NCBI GenBank assembly: GCA_021324945.1
Contig: JAJPID010000025.1
Coordinates: forward strand, 13,898 to 77,897
Reading direction: 5' to 3'
Source of the DNA: Lysobacterales bacterium
Lineage (GTDB): Bacteria > Pseudomonadota > Gammaproteobacteria > Xanthomonadales > Rhodanobacteraceae
DNA: 64,000 nucleotides
Shown: one piece after another, positions 52,216 through 61,433 of the stretch
Numbering within the stretch: position 1 is the stretch's first letter
Layout: the number at the start of each line of letters is the position of its first letter
Notes under the pieces: generated by a model
Seen by the model: the letters and a program-made list of their open reading frames with translations, nothing else
Database searches by the model: none
Told to the model about the DNA's origin: nothing
Program-made: the position numbers and the translations under genes

Positions 52216-53408
52216 ACCGCCTCGAAAACCCCTGCCGCGCCCATTCCCGTGCCGATGCACATCGTCACCATGCCGTACTTCAGCTTGCGGCGGCGCAGAC
52301 CATGCACGAGCGTGGCCACGCGGATCGCGCCGGTGGCGCCGAGCGGATGACCCAGCGCGATCGCACCGCCGAGTGGATTGACTTTCGACGGATCGAGACT
52401 GAGATCCTTGATGACCGCGAGCGATTGCGCGGCGAATGCTTCGTTCAATTCGATCCAATCCAGATCGTCCTGCTTGATGCCGGTTGCTTTGAGCGCTTTC
52501 GGAATCGCTTCCTTCGGGCCGATGCCCATGATGCGCGGCGGCACGCCCGCCACCGAATAACCGACGAAGCGCGCCAGCGGCGTCAAACCGTAATCCTTGA
52601 CCGCCTGTTCGCTGGCGAGCAGCACCGCGCCGGCGCCGTCGGATGTCTGCGATGAGTTGCCGGCGGTGACGCTGCCGTTGGCCTTGAACACCGGGCGCAA
52701 TTTCGCCAACGCTTCCGCGCTGGTATCGCGGCGCGGGCCTTCGTCTTGCGAGATCACGCGCCTGTCCTCGATCACGCCGCGCGTGGCGAGATCGGGATAG
52801 CGATCATCGAGCGGGTAGGGTGCAATCTCGTCATTGAACTCGCCCGCATCCTGCGCGGCCAGCGCGCGCTGATGGCTCTGCAGCGCGAAAGCATCTTGCT
52901 GCTCGCGCGAGATCTTCCATTCGCTCGCGACATTTTCCGCCGTGATGCCCATGCCGTAAGCGATGCCGATGTTCTCGTCGGTGAAGATTTCCGGATTCAT
53001 CACCGGATGGAAGCCCATCATCGGCACCATGCTCATCGATTCGGTGCCGCCGGCCAGCATCAAATCCGCTTCGCCGAGACGAATGCGATCGGCCGCAGTC
53101 GCCACCGCCTGCACGCCTGACGAACAGAAGCGGTTGAGCGTCATCGCCGGCACACTGTCGGGAATACCGGCCAGCAGCGAAGCGACGCGCGCAACGTTCA
53201 TGCCTTGCTCGGCTTCCGGCATCGCGCAGCCGATGACCACGTCTGAAATGCGCGCGGGATCGACCGCCGCGCATTGATCCAGCACCTCGCGCAGCACGTG
53301 CGCCAACAGGTCGTCCGGACGGGTATTGCGGAACACGCCGCGTGGCGCCTTGCCGACCGGCGTGCGCAGCGCGGCGACGATGTAGGCGTCTTGAGTTTGT
53401 TTGGTCAT
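52212..53408 (-). CDS. fadA: Acetyl-CoA C-acyltransferase (3-ketoacyl-CoA thiolase)
   Basis: 398 aa. Active-site regions LNRFCSSGVQA, NEAFA and GGAIALGHPLGATG...CIGTGMG. Confidence 0.92.
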   Translation of the reverse strand: MTKQTQDAYIVAALRTPVGKAPRGVFRNTRPDDLLAHVLREVLDQCAAVDPARISDVVIGCAMPEAEQGMNVARVASLLAGIPDSVPAMTLNRFCSSGVQAVATAADRIRLGEADLMLAGGTESMSMVPMMGFHPVMNPEIFTDENIGIAYGMGITAENVASEWKISREQQDAFALQSHQRALAAQDAGEFNDEIAPYPLDDRYPDLATRGVIEDRRVISQDEGPRRDTSAEALAKLRPVFKANGSVTAGNSSQTSDGAGAVLLASEQAVKDYGLTPLARFVGYSVAGVPPRIMGIGPKEAIPKALKATGIKQDDLDWIELNEAFAAQSLAVIKDLSLDPSKVNPLGGAIALGHPLGATGAIRVATLVHGLRRRKLKYGMVTMCIGTGMGAAGVFEAV

Positions 53409-53519
53409 GTCTTGTTCCTCTAATTCAACACCAGGGAGCGGAGAGCGGGAGCTGGGAAGAGCGTTCGCTACGAGTACCGAGCACGCTTGTCCCTGCGACC
53501 TGCGCCCTTTTCCTGCTTC

Positions 53520-55898
53520 CTAGTTCCTGAGCGGTTTCCCCGTCGCCATCGTGTGTGCAATCCGTTCCTGCGTCTTGGGCATCTGCGCCAGTTCCATGAA
53601 GTGGTGGCGCTCCAGATCCAGCAGCCACTGCGCATCGACTTTCGAGCCGCGTTCTATCCTGCCTCCGCACAGTGTGTCGGCGATGCGGAGGGCAATCTCC
53701 ATGTCGTGATCGGAAATGAAGTTGCCGGCGCGCATGTTCACCAGTTGCGCCTTGATCGTGGCGGTGCCGACGTCGCCGGCGACGGGAATGGCGCGCGCCG
53801 GAAGGGGCGGCCGCCAGCCGGATTCGGCCAATGACGATGCAACGTTCTTCGCCACATACAGCAATTCGAAGGCGTTGAACACCACCACGTCCGAATCGCG
53901 CAACAGACCCAACTTTTTGGCTTCCAGCGCGCTGGTCGAGGTCTTCGCCATCGCGACGACTTCGAAATATCGTTTGATCTGGTCGAAGGGATCGTCGGTC
54001 AACGACGCGCGCGCGCAACGTTCGGCGATTTCCTTCAGGCCGCCGCCGGCCGGCAGCAGACCCACGCCGGCCTCGACCAGACCAATGTAACTTTCCAGCG
54101 CGGCGACCGTGCGTGCGCTGTGCATCTGGAATTCGCAACCGCCGCCCAAGCACAGGCCGCGCACCGCCGCGACCACCGGCACCAGCGAGTGTTTCATGCG
54201 CATGCTGGTCCGCTGGAAATTGGCGATCATGGCCTCCAGTTGCGCGATCTTGCCTTCTTTCAGCAGACCCAATGCACCTTTCAGATCGGCACCGGCAGAA
54301 AAGGCCTTGTCACTGGTCTGCCAAATCACCATCGCCTTGAGCTGCTTCTCGCTTTCCTCGACCGCGCGCTGCAAGCCATCCAGCACGAAATCGTTGACGG
54401 TGTTCATCTTGGTCTTGAACGAGACGATGCCGACGTCGTCATCGCCCAGTGTCCATAGCCGCACGCCGTCGTTCTCCCAGACAGTCTTGCCTTGGTCGAA
54501 CTTCTCGCCGAGCAGCGGATCGGGGAACAGTTGCCGCTTGTAAACCGGTGCGGTCGAGCGGGGCAGAGGCTTATTCGATTTCGGTGAATACGCACCCTCG
54601 GCCGTATAAACGCCTTTACGTCCATCAGTTGCCCATACCGGCAACGGTGCATCGCTCATCGCCTTGCCGGCTTTGATGTCCTCCTCGATCCATTGCGCGA
54701 CCTGCTGCCAGCCAGCTGCTTGCCAGGTTTCGAACGGACCCATCTTCCAGCCGTAGCCCCAGCGGATCGCGAAGTCCACGTCGCGCACGCTGTCGGCGAT
54801 TTCCGCCAGGTGGTAGGCGCTGTAGTGGAACAGATCGCGGAAACTCGCCCAGAGGAACTGCGCCTGTGGATCATCGCTTGCGCGCAGCCTGGCGAATTGC
54901 TCGGTCGGATTCTTGATCGCAAGGATCGCAGCGATTTGATCGGATGCCCTCTGCTCGGCTGGCCGGTAATCCCGTTTCTGCACATCGAGAACGAGGATGT
55001 CTTTGCCGGCCTTGCGATACACGCCCGCGCCGGTCTTCTGGCCCAGGGCGCCTTTTTCAATCAACGCAGTGAGCCACGGCGGCGACTTGAAATGTGCGTG
55101 CCAGGGATCATTCGGCAGCGTGTCGGCCATGGTCTTGATGACATGCGCCATGGTGTCGAGACCGACCACGTCGGCAGTTCGATACGTCGCCGATTTCGGG
55201 CGGCCGATCGCCGGGCCGGTCAACGCGTCCACCGTGTCGAAACCCAGCTTGAACTGCGCGGTGTGGTGCATCGCCGCCAGCATCGAGAACACACCGATGC
55301 GATTACCAATAAAATTGGGTGTGTCCTTGGCGTACACCACGCCCTTGCCCAATGCGGTGACGAGAAACGCCTCAAGCCCTTTCAACACCACTGGATCGGT
55401 GGACCTGCCCGGAATCAATTCCACCAGATGCATGTAGCGCGGCGGGTTGAAGAAGTGCACGCCGCAGAAGCGCACGCGCAGGTTCTCCGGCAGCGCTTCG
55501 GCCAGCGTATTGATCGAAAGCCCGGAGGTGTTCGATGCCAGAATCGCGCGCTCGCCGAGATGCGGCGCGATGCGCTTGTAAAGATCCCGCTTCCAGTCCA
55601 TCCGCTCGGCGATCGCTTCGATCACCAAGTCGCAATTCTTCAGCGTGTCCAGGTTCTGGTCGTAATCGGCCGGAATGATCGACGTACCCAGCGACTTCAA
55701 CGCCAGTGGTGCGGGCGAAAGCTTGCCGAGATTGGCGATGGCCTTCAGCGCGATGCCATTCTTCGGCCCGTCTTTAGCGGCGAGATCGAACAACACGGTT
55801 TCCACGCCGGCGTTGGTCAAGTGCGCGGCGATCTGTGCACCCATCACGCCGGCGCCCAGCACGGCCGCTTTGCGGATCAGAAGTTTCTCGGATGACAT
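53520..55898 (-). CDS. Bifunctional 3-hydroxyacyl-CoA dehydrogenase / enoyl-CoA hydratase (dehydrogenase domain N-terminal, FadN-like order)
   Basis: ATG 55898 has GGAGA upstream. KAAVLGAGVMGAQIAAH NAD fold at the N-terminus and a crotonase fold in the C-terminal third (FSAGADL). Upstream of fadA in the same orientation. Confidence 0.9.
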   Translation of the reverse strand: MSSEKLLIRKAAVLGAGVMGAQIAAHLTNAGVETVLFDLAAKDGPKNGIALKAIANLGKLSPAPLALKSLGTSIIPADYDQNLDTLKNCDLVIEAIAERMDWKRDLYKRIAPHLGERAILASNTSGLSINTLAEALPENLRVRFCGVHFFNPPRYMHLVELIPGRSTDPVVLKGLEAFLVTALGKGVVYAKDTPNFIGNRIGVFSMLAAMHHTAQFKLGFDTVDALTGPAIGRPKSATYRTADVVGLDTMAHVIKTMADTLPNDPWHAHFKSPPWLTALIEKGALGQKTGAGVYRKAGKDILVLDVQKRDYRPAEQRASDQIAAILAIKNPTEQFARLRASDDPQAQFLWASFRDLFHYSAYHLAEIADSVRDVDFAIRWGYGWKMGPFETWQAAGWQQVAQWIEEDIKAGKAMSDAPLPVWATDGRKGVYTAEGAYSPKSNKPLPRSTAPVYKRQLFPDPLLGEKFDQGKTVWENDGVRLWTLGDDDVGIVSFKTKMNTVNDFVLDGLQRAVEESEKQLKAMVIWQTSDKAFSAGADLKGALGLLKEGKIAQLEAMIANFQRTSMRMKHSLVPVVAAVRGLCLGGGCEFQMHSARTVAALESYIGLVEAGVGLLPAGGGLKEIAERCARASLTDDPFDQIKRYFEVVAMAKTSTSALEAKKLGLLRDSDVVVFNAFELLYVAKNVASSLAESGWRPPLPARAIPVAGDVGTATIKAQLVNMRAGNFISDHDMEIALRIADTLCGGRIERGSKVDAQWLLDLERHHFMELAQMPKTQERIAHTMATGKPLRN

Positions 55899-55944
55899 GG
55901 ATTCTCCGGTAATCATGCAAGGGGATCAGGGACGAGAAGCGAGG

Positions 55945-55968
55945 GCGCAAAGAACGGTTCTTTTGCGC
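55945..55968. promoter_or_regulatory. Palindrome in the fatty-acid-oxidation operon leader (candidate operator)
   Basis: GCGC-AAAGAAC-g-GTTCTTT-t-GCGC, 47 nt upstream of the start codon at 55898. The 1-nt centre makes a DNA-binding dyad more plausible than an RNA hairpin. Confidence 0.3.
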
Positions 55969-56072
55969 AAGTTTTCATATAGCAGCAGCGCGGCATCGCG
56001 CCTGTCGATCATCCCTTTCTTGGCAGAAGCTTGAGCCATTGCGCCCCCGCTACTCATCCCTGGTCCCTCGCT

Positions 56073-56690
56073 TCACTCGCGTAATCCGGCCGCCGCAAAC
56101 CGGATCAAATGCTCGGCCGCGCGCTCGCGGAACTCGCGCTCGGACTGGCCACTGCGGCGCTTGATCACGCCGAAGTCCGCCATGGCGTAAGTGACGGCGC
56201 CGGCCACGATATCCAGCCGCCAGTACAATTCTTCCTTGTCCAAGTGCGGCAGCAGTTTGGCGAACGCGGCGGCGAATTCCTTCAGCACGTGGCCGTAGTT
56301 GTCGGAAAGGAACTTGCGCAGGCGCTCGTTGTGCTCGGCATAGGCGCGCGCCAGCACCCGCACGAAGGCAGCACCACCTTCCTTGTCCAAGCACAGTTCC
56401 AAGGCGGGGTTGATGAAGGCCGCCAGCACGTCTTCCAGTTCCGGCCTGGGGTTGGCCAACGCGCGTTTCAGCGCGGCCAGCCGCCCCGCGTTCAATTCGT
56501 CCAGCCGACGCCTGAAGACTTCCTCGATAAGGCGGTCCTTGGAACCGAAATGATAATTGACCGCCGCAAGATTGACCTTGGCGGCAGAGGTGACCTGACG
56601 CAGCGAAGCGCCCGCGAACCCGCGGCGGGCGAACAGATCCTCGGCGGCCCCGAGGATGCGCTGTTTGGTCGAGAACCTCGGATCCGTCAT
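56073..56690 (-). CDS. TetR/AcrR-family transcriptional regulator (PsrA-like by context)
   Basis: 205 aa. N-terminal HTH RILGAAEDLFARRGFAGASLRQVTSAAKVNLAAVNYHFGSK. Sits directly upstream of the fad operon. Confidence 0.85.
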   Translation of the reverse strand: MTDPRFSTKQRILGAAEDLFARRGFAGASLRQVTSAAKVNLAAVNYHFGSKDRLIEEVFRRRLDELNAGRLAALKRALANPRPELEDVLAAFINPALELCLDKEGGAAFVRVLARAYAEHNERLRKFLSDNYGHVLKEFAAAFAKLLPHLDKEELYWRLDIVAGAVTYAMADFGVIKRRSGQSEREFRERAAEHLIRFAAAGLRE

Positions 56691-56701
56691 CGTGGCAACG
56701 C

Positions 56702-56719
56702 TTCAAACAAACGTTTGAA
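56702..56719. promoter_or_regulatory. Candidate autoregulatory operator of the TetR gene
   Basis: TTCAAAC-aaac-GTTTGAA with perfect 7-bp arms, 12 nt upstream of the TetR ATG. It fits the (G/C)AAAC-N2-4-GTTTG(G/C) pattern described for Pseudomonas PsrA. Confidence 0.45.
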
Positions 56720-56927
56720 TTCTAGGCGGCGACGGCACCGGGGTCAAACTGCTGCGACGGGCTGTCATCGGCCGCGCGCATGCTCTAGAATCGACCCATA
56801 TTTTGTGAGCTAACTCTGCATTTGGCCGCGTATTTGGCCTTACTGTGACGTCTCGGGGATCACGGCGCGCAGGGACGCCGGAGCGCCGGCTCACAACGGC
56901 ATACAACCACACCATCGCGAGGAACGC

Positions 56928-57356
56928 ATGGCGCTCGAGCGCACCTTGTCCATTGTCAAACCCGATGCCGTGGCGAAAAACGTCATCGGCGAAATCTATT
57001 CGCGTTTCGAAAAGGCCGGATTGAAAATCGTCGCGGCAAAAATGAAACAGTTGTCGCGGCGCGAGGCGGAAGGCTTCTACGCGGTGCACCGCGAGCGGCC
57101 GTTCTTCAAGCCGCTGGTCGAATTCATGGTCTCCGGGCCGGTAATGATCCAGGTGCTGGAGGGCGAGAACGCGATCGCGAAGAACCGCGAACTGATGGGA
57201 GCCACCAATCCGAAGGATGCGGCGCCCGGAACGATCCGCGCGGATTTCGCGCAGAGCATCGATGCCAATGCGGTGCACGGTTCGGACGCGCCGGAAACCG
57301 CGAAGTTCGAGATCGGTTATTTCTTTTCGGAGAGTGATTTGTGCAGTCGTCCGTGA
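56928..57356 (+). CDS. ndk: Nucleoside-diphosphate kinase
   Basis: [15 protein letters not shown]...NAVHGSD. 142 aa. Confidence 0.97.
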   Translation: MALERTLSIVKPDAVAKNVIGEIYSRFEKAGLKIVAAKMKQLSRREAEGFYAVHRERPFFKPLVEFMVSGPVMIQVLEGENAIAKNRELMGATNPKDAAPGTIRADFAQSIDANAVHGSDAPETAKFEIGYFFSESDLCSRP

Positions 57357-57399
57357 CTGCGAGGATCAAAAGGTGGACATCCATGTCCACACTTTTCAA

Positions 57400-58557
57400 A
57401 TGAAGCACGACATGACCAGCGTTGCGGACAAGACCAATCTCCTCGATCTCGATCGGGAGGGCTTGCGCGCATTCTTCGCCGATATCGGCGAGAAGCCTTA
57501 TCGCGCCGATCAGGTGATGAAGTGGATGTATCACCGTCTCGAAGACGATTTCGAGGCGATGACGGATCTGGGCAAATCGCTGCGCGCAAAGCTTGCCGAA
57601 ACCGCATTCGTCGGACCGCCGAAAACCTTGCTGGACAAGACATCCAGTGATGGCACGAGGAAGTGGCTGTTGGCCATGGATAGCTCGCTCGGCAAACCAC
57701 AGGCCGGCGGCAACGCGGTGGAAACCGTGTACATCCCGGAACCTTCACGCGGCACGCTGTGCGTGTCCTCGCAGGTCGGCTGCGCGTTGAATTGCACGTT
57801 CTGTTCCACCGCCACGCAGGGCTTCAATCGCAATCTTTCCTGCGCCGAAATCATCGGACAGGTATGGGTGGCCGCGAAACACCTTGGCAACGTCACGCAC
57901 CAGCAGCGTCGCATCACCAACGTGGTGATGATGGGCATGGGCGAGCCGCTCGCCAATTTCGACAACGTCGTGCGCGCGATGCACCTGATGCGCGACGATC
58001 TCGGTTTCGGCCTGGCCAGCAAGCGCGTCACCCTGTCCACCGCCGGCATGGTGCCCATGATCGACAAGCTCGGCGAGGTGGCCGATGTGTCGCTGGCGGT
58101 TTCGCTGCACGCACCAAACGACGAGCTTCGCACGCAACTGGTTCCGCTCAACAGGAAGTATGCAATCCACGAATTGCTCGACGCCTGCGCGCGTTATGCC
58201 GCGCGCCGTCCGCGCACCACGATCACGTTCGAATACACGCTGATGCAAGGCATCAACGATTCGCCCTTGCTCGCGAAGCAACTGGTGAAGCTGATGCGCC
58301 GCCTGCCGGCGAAGGTCAATCTGATTCCGTTCAATCCGTTCCCCGGCACGCAGTACCAGCGTTCGGACGAAGACACGATTCGCGCGTTCCAGAAAATCCT
58401 GCTGGATGCCGGCGTGCAGGCGATGGTCCGGCGCACGCGCGGCGACGATATCGACGCGGCTTGCGGGCAGTTGAAAGGGCAGGTGCTGGATCGCACGCGC
58501 CGCAATGCGCAGTTCCGCCGGCGAGTGGAAATGCAGGAGCGCGCCCATGCTGCCTGA
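57400..58557 (+). CDS. rlmN: 23S rRNA/tRNA (adenine-C2)-methyltransferase RlmN
   Basis: Radical-SAM cluster [28 protein letters not shown] at the N-terminus. ATG 57400 (or ATG 57412). Confidence 0.95.
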   Translation: MKHDMTSVADKTNLLDLDREGLRAFFADIGEKPYRADQVMKWMYHRLEDDFEAMTDLGKSLRAKLAETAFVGPPKTLLDKTSSDGTRKWLLAMDSSLGKPQAGGNAVETVYIPEPSRGTLCVSSQVGCALNCTFCSTATQGFNRNLSCAEIIGQVWVAAKHLGNVTHQQRRITNVVMMGMGEPLANFDNVVRAMHLMRDDLGFGLASKRVTLSTAGMVPMIDKLGEVADVSLAVSLHAPNDELRTQLVPLNRKYAIHELLDACARYAARRPRTTITFEYTLMQGINDSPLLAKQLVKLMRRLPAKVNLIPFNPFPGTQYQRSDEDTIRAFQKILLDAGVQAMVRRTRGDDIDAACGQLKGQVLDRTRRNAQFRRRVEMQERAHAA

Positions 58558-59407
58558 TTGCGTGCGTTCCTTCCTGAGCGCGAAGATCAAAAAGCGGCCG
58601 TCCGTGACCGCCCTTCTCAAGGCAGCCTTCCTGATTGGGACGTTGTTGTTCGCCAGTGCCTGCAATCGCAACCAGATCATCAAGGTCAACAACGGCGCGG
58701 GCGACCTGAAGAACGCGCCGGAAGAAAGCAGACAGGACGAGAAGCTGGACGCCGCGCAGATCCAGACGCAACTCGCCGCCGCACTGATGCAGCAGAACAA
58801 CATGAAGGAAGCCTACGATCACCTGCAGAAGGCGATCCAGTTCGACGGCCACTACACGCCCGCGCACACGTTGCTGGCGATCCTCTACGAACGCACGAAC
58901 CAGATTCCGCAGGCCGAGAGGGAATACCGCGCGGCCTTGTCGATCGATCCCAAGAGCGGCGACACCAACAACAATCTCGGGTTTTTTCTGTGCCATCACG
59001 GCCGCGGCCGCGACGGGATGGAATATCTGAGGCGCGCGCTGGCCGATCCGTTCTACAAGACTCCGGCGATGGCCAACACCAATGCGGGCGCCTGCCTGCT
59101 CGAGATGGGCGACCGCGCGGGCGCAGAAGCATATCTGCGCAAGGCGCTGGAGATCGATTCCAATTATCCCGACGCGCTCTATGAAATGGCGCGCGTGCTG
59201 TATGCCGACGGCGACGCCTTCCGCGCGCGCGGTTTCCTGCAACGCTTCGAGGCGCAGGGGCAGGCCACGCCCGATGCGCTGCTTCTCGGCTATCAGATCG
59301 AATCCCGCCTGGGCGATGCAGATGCCGCCCGGAATTACGCCAATCGTCTCAGCACCCAGTTCCCGGATTCGGAACAGGCGCGGACTTTTGCCGGCCGCTC
59401 GCAATGA
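58547..59407 (+). CDS. pilW: Type IV pilus biogenesis/stability TPR lipoprotein PilW (PilF-like)
   Basis: ATG 58547. Lipobox LLFASAC followed by TPR repeats. Conserved position after rlmN. Confidence 0.8.
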   Translation: MLPDCVRSFLSAKIKKRPSVTALLKAAFLIGTLLFASACNRNQIIKVNNGAGDLKNAPEESRQDEKLDAAQIQTQLAAALMQQNNMKEAYDHLQKAIQFDGHYTPAHTLLAILYERTNQIPQAEREYRAALSIDPKSGDTNNNLGFFLCHHGRGRDGMEYLRRALADPFYKTPAMANTNAGACLLEMGDRAGAEAYLRKALEIDSNYPDALYEMARVLYADGDAFRARGFLQRFEAQGQATPDALLLGYQIESRLGDADAARNYANRLSTQFPDSEQARTFAGRSQ

Positions 59408-60375
59408 AGACTCCTGACCAACACGACGATCTGTTCTCCAACTCCGGCGCACGCCCTGACGCGTCGAATGAAATCCGTTTCCACGCCGAGGATGTCGCGT
59501 GTGAGCCATTGCCCGTGCATTCTGTGCGCTCCCTGGGCGCACGCCTGCGCGCCGCGCGCGAAGCGAAAGGCATGCCACTGGCCGAATGCGGACGCGCGCT
59601 GAAATTGCCCCTCCGCGTGCTGGAACGCCTGGAGGCGGGCGAATTCGGCGGCGCCGACGAGTATGTGTTCGTGCGCGGCGCGTTGTACAGCTATGCGCGG
59701 CTCGCCGGCGTGTCGGTGTTGGAAGTCGAAAACGCGCTGCGCGCGGTCGCTCCCCCGGGACAACCCGCGCTGGTACCCACCGGCAATGCGCTACGGGCGC
59801 CGTGGCTGCAACGTTACGGTGCTGCGGCGACCTACATCGTGTTGACCGCCACCGTCGCAGTGCCGCTGGTATGGCTCGGCCTGCGCGGCGGCCTGGACAA
59901 TCAATTGACACGCATCGCACCGCTCGACAGTGCGCCGCCAGTGGCGAGCGCGCCGACGCAACGCGCAACCGGCGACAAATCCGCACCCGTCGCAACGCCG
60001 CCGGCGCGGCAGGAAATTCCTTTGCAGGCCTCCATGACGCCGTTTTCGGCGATGCAGATCGAAGATGACGCCGCATCTTCCCCACAACCTGCAGCGTCGG
60101 CAGCGGCGGACCCGAGTGTCCACGTGCTCAGCCTGAACGTGCGCGCAGACAGCTGGGTCGAGGTTGTCGACGCCGATGGCAAGACGTTGGAGTCGGGTAT
60201 CCTGCATGCGGGTGATCGGCGCACGTACCGCAGCGCCACACCGCTGAACGTCACCGTGGGCAATGCCGACGGTGTGGACGTGCAGAGCGACGGCAAGTCG
60301 CTCTCGCTCGCCCCTTACCGCCGTGCCAACGTGGCACGATTCAAGGCGTTCGACGGCAACACAGGAAACGATTGA
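59404..60375 (+). CDS. rodZ: Cytoskeleton protein RodZ-like (HTH + TM + DUF4115)
   Basis: HTH segment LGARLRAAREAKGMPLAECGRALKLPLRVLERLE, a central TM helix, and a C-terminal beta domain (...ADSWVEVVDADGKTL..GILHAGDRRTY...TVGNADGV). Confidence 0.8.
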   Translation: MKTPDQHDDLFSNSGARPDASNEIRFHAEDVACEPLPVHSVRSLGARLRAAREAKGMPLAECGRALKLPLRVLERLEAGEFGGADEYVFVRGALYSYARLAGVSVLEVENALRAVAPPGQPALVPTGNALRAPWLQRYGAAATYIVLTATVAVPLVWLGLRGGLDNQLTRIAPLDSAPPVASAPTQRATGDKSAPVATPPARQEIPLQASMTPFSAMQIEDDAASSPQPAASAAADPSVHVLSLNVRADSWVEVVDADGKTLESGILHAGDRRTYRSATPLNVTVGNADGVDVQSDGKSLSLAPYRRANVARFKAFDGNTGND

Positions 60376-60464
60376 CTTTTGGCGGGCCGAGCCCCGCTGC
60401 ATGACTTCGGTTATCCTTGTCCGCCGCGCTGCGGGGCGTGGCGGTTCTTGTCTGCGGGTAATGC

Positions 60465-61151
60465 ATGGCTTTTGAAGATTACGACGAGTACGAACAGAGC
60501 GAACAGGTCCGCAAATGGCTGCGCGAGAACGGTCTGTCGGTCGTGATCGGCGTGATGCTGGCGCTGGCGCTGATCTTCGGCTGGCGTCAGTGGCAGGCGC
60601 ACCGCGCGAGTCATCATGCGCAGGCGGCCGAGAAGTTCGCGGCGCTGCAATCCGCGCTGTTGACGGGCAATTCCGCGCAGTTGGACAAGGACGCCGATGT
60701 GCTGGAAAAGGATTATTCGGATACCCCCTACGCGGCCTTGGCGGCCGCAGCGCGCGCCAACCTTGCAGTCGGCCAGAACAACCTGCAGGAAGCGGGCAAA
60801 GCGCTGCAATGGGCGATCGACCACAGCTCCACACCGGCGTTGCATTCGCTCTATCAATTGCGGCTGGCACGCGTGCAGCTCGCGCAGGATCAGGCGAAGC
60901 AGGCGCTGGACACGCTGGATAGGGTGCCGGCCGCCGACTATCCACCATTGCGCCAGGAACTCCGCGGCGATGCGCTGCTCAAACTCGGTCGTGCGTCGGA
61001 TGCACGCGCGGCTTATGCGCAGGCGCTGGCAGCGTTACCCGCTGATGCTGCGCCGGGCGAGCGTCAGGACTTGCAGATGAAACTGGACGATCTTGCGCGC
61101 GCAAACGGCGCGCCGACCGCGGCAAACGTGGCGACATCAACGGCTCATTAG
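60465..61151 (+). CDS. yfgM: YfgM-family membrane-anchored TPR-like protein
   Basis: MAFEDYDEYEQSEQVRKWLRENG followed by a TM helix and a helical-repeat domain. Position upstream of bamB. Confidence 0.75.
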   Translation: MAFEDYDEYEQSEQVRKWLRENGLSVVIGVMLALALIFGWRQWQAHRASHHAQAAEKFAALQSALLTGNSAQLDKDADVLEKDYSDTPYAALAAAARANLAVGQNNLQEAGKALQWAIDHSSTPALHSLYQLRLARVQLAQDQAKQALDTLDRVPAADYPPLRQELRGDALLKLGRASDARAAYAQALAALPADAAPGERQDLQMKLDDLARANGAPTAANVATSTAH

Positions 61152-61174
61152 GGTCGGATGGCCGTTACCCAGAT

Positions 61175-61300
61175 GACTCCGCCGCCGAGCCTTGTCTGCA
61201 GGGCAAGGAAGAGTGAGGAAGATGTATGTTGATACACAAACTAAGCGTGACGCCGCCATGTGGGCAAACGGCCACGATCCCTCGGATTGCTTCGCAGCGG
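61175..61300 (+). repeat. Copy B of the ~125-nt repeated intergenic element (oriented toward bamB)
   Basis: Core CTGCAGGGCAAGGAAGAGTGAGGAAGA at 61196-61222 (27/27 identical to copy A), a 25-nt spacer, then TGACGCCGCCATG at 61248-61260 (13/13). Partial identity continues to ~61300. Confidence 0.7.
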
Positions 61301-61433
61301 CCACCCTACTGTGTTGCGCGCCTTGACCATAGAATGGCTACGGCGCTGCGGCGCGCGGCTTGTCTGGCAACCGTCGCGGAAGCAACGCGGCTCACCTGAG
61401 CGAAGGTCAATAGACCCTAAGGAAACAGGGCAC

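Noticed and set aside
53425-53519. Purine-rich tracts around the fad operon (53441-53475, 55921-55945, minus strand of 56041-56072) that superficially resemble the GA-rich 27-nt core of the repeated element.
   Set aside because: I could not align them beyond short GA-rich words. A 10-bp complementarity (GAAGCGAGGG at 55936-55945 versus CCCTCGCTTC at 56065-56074) exists, but it is not nested with other pairings and overlaps the TetR stop. Evidence is insufficient.
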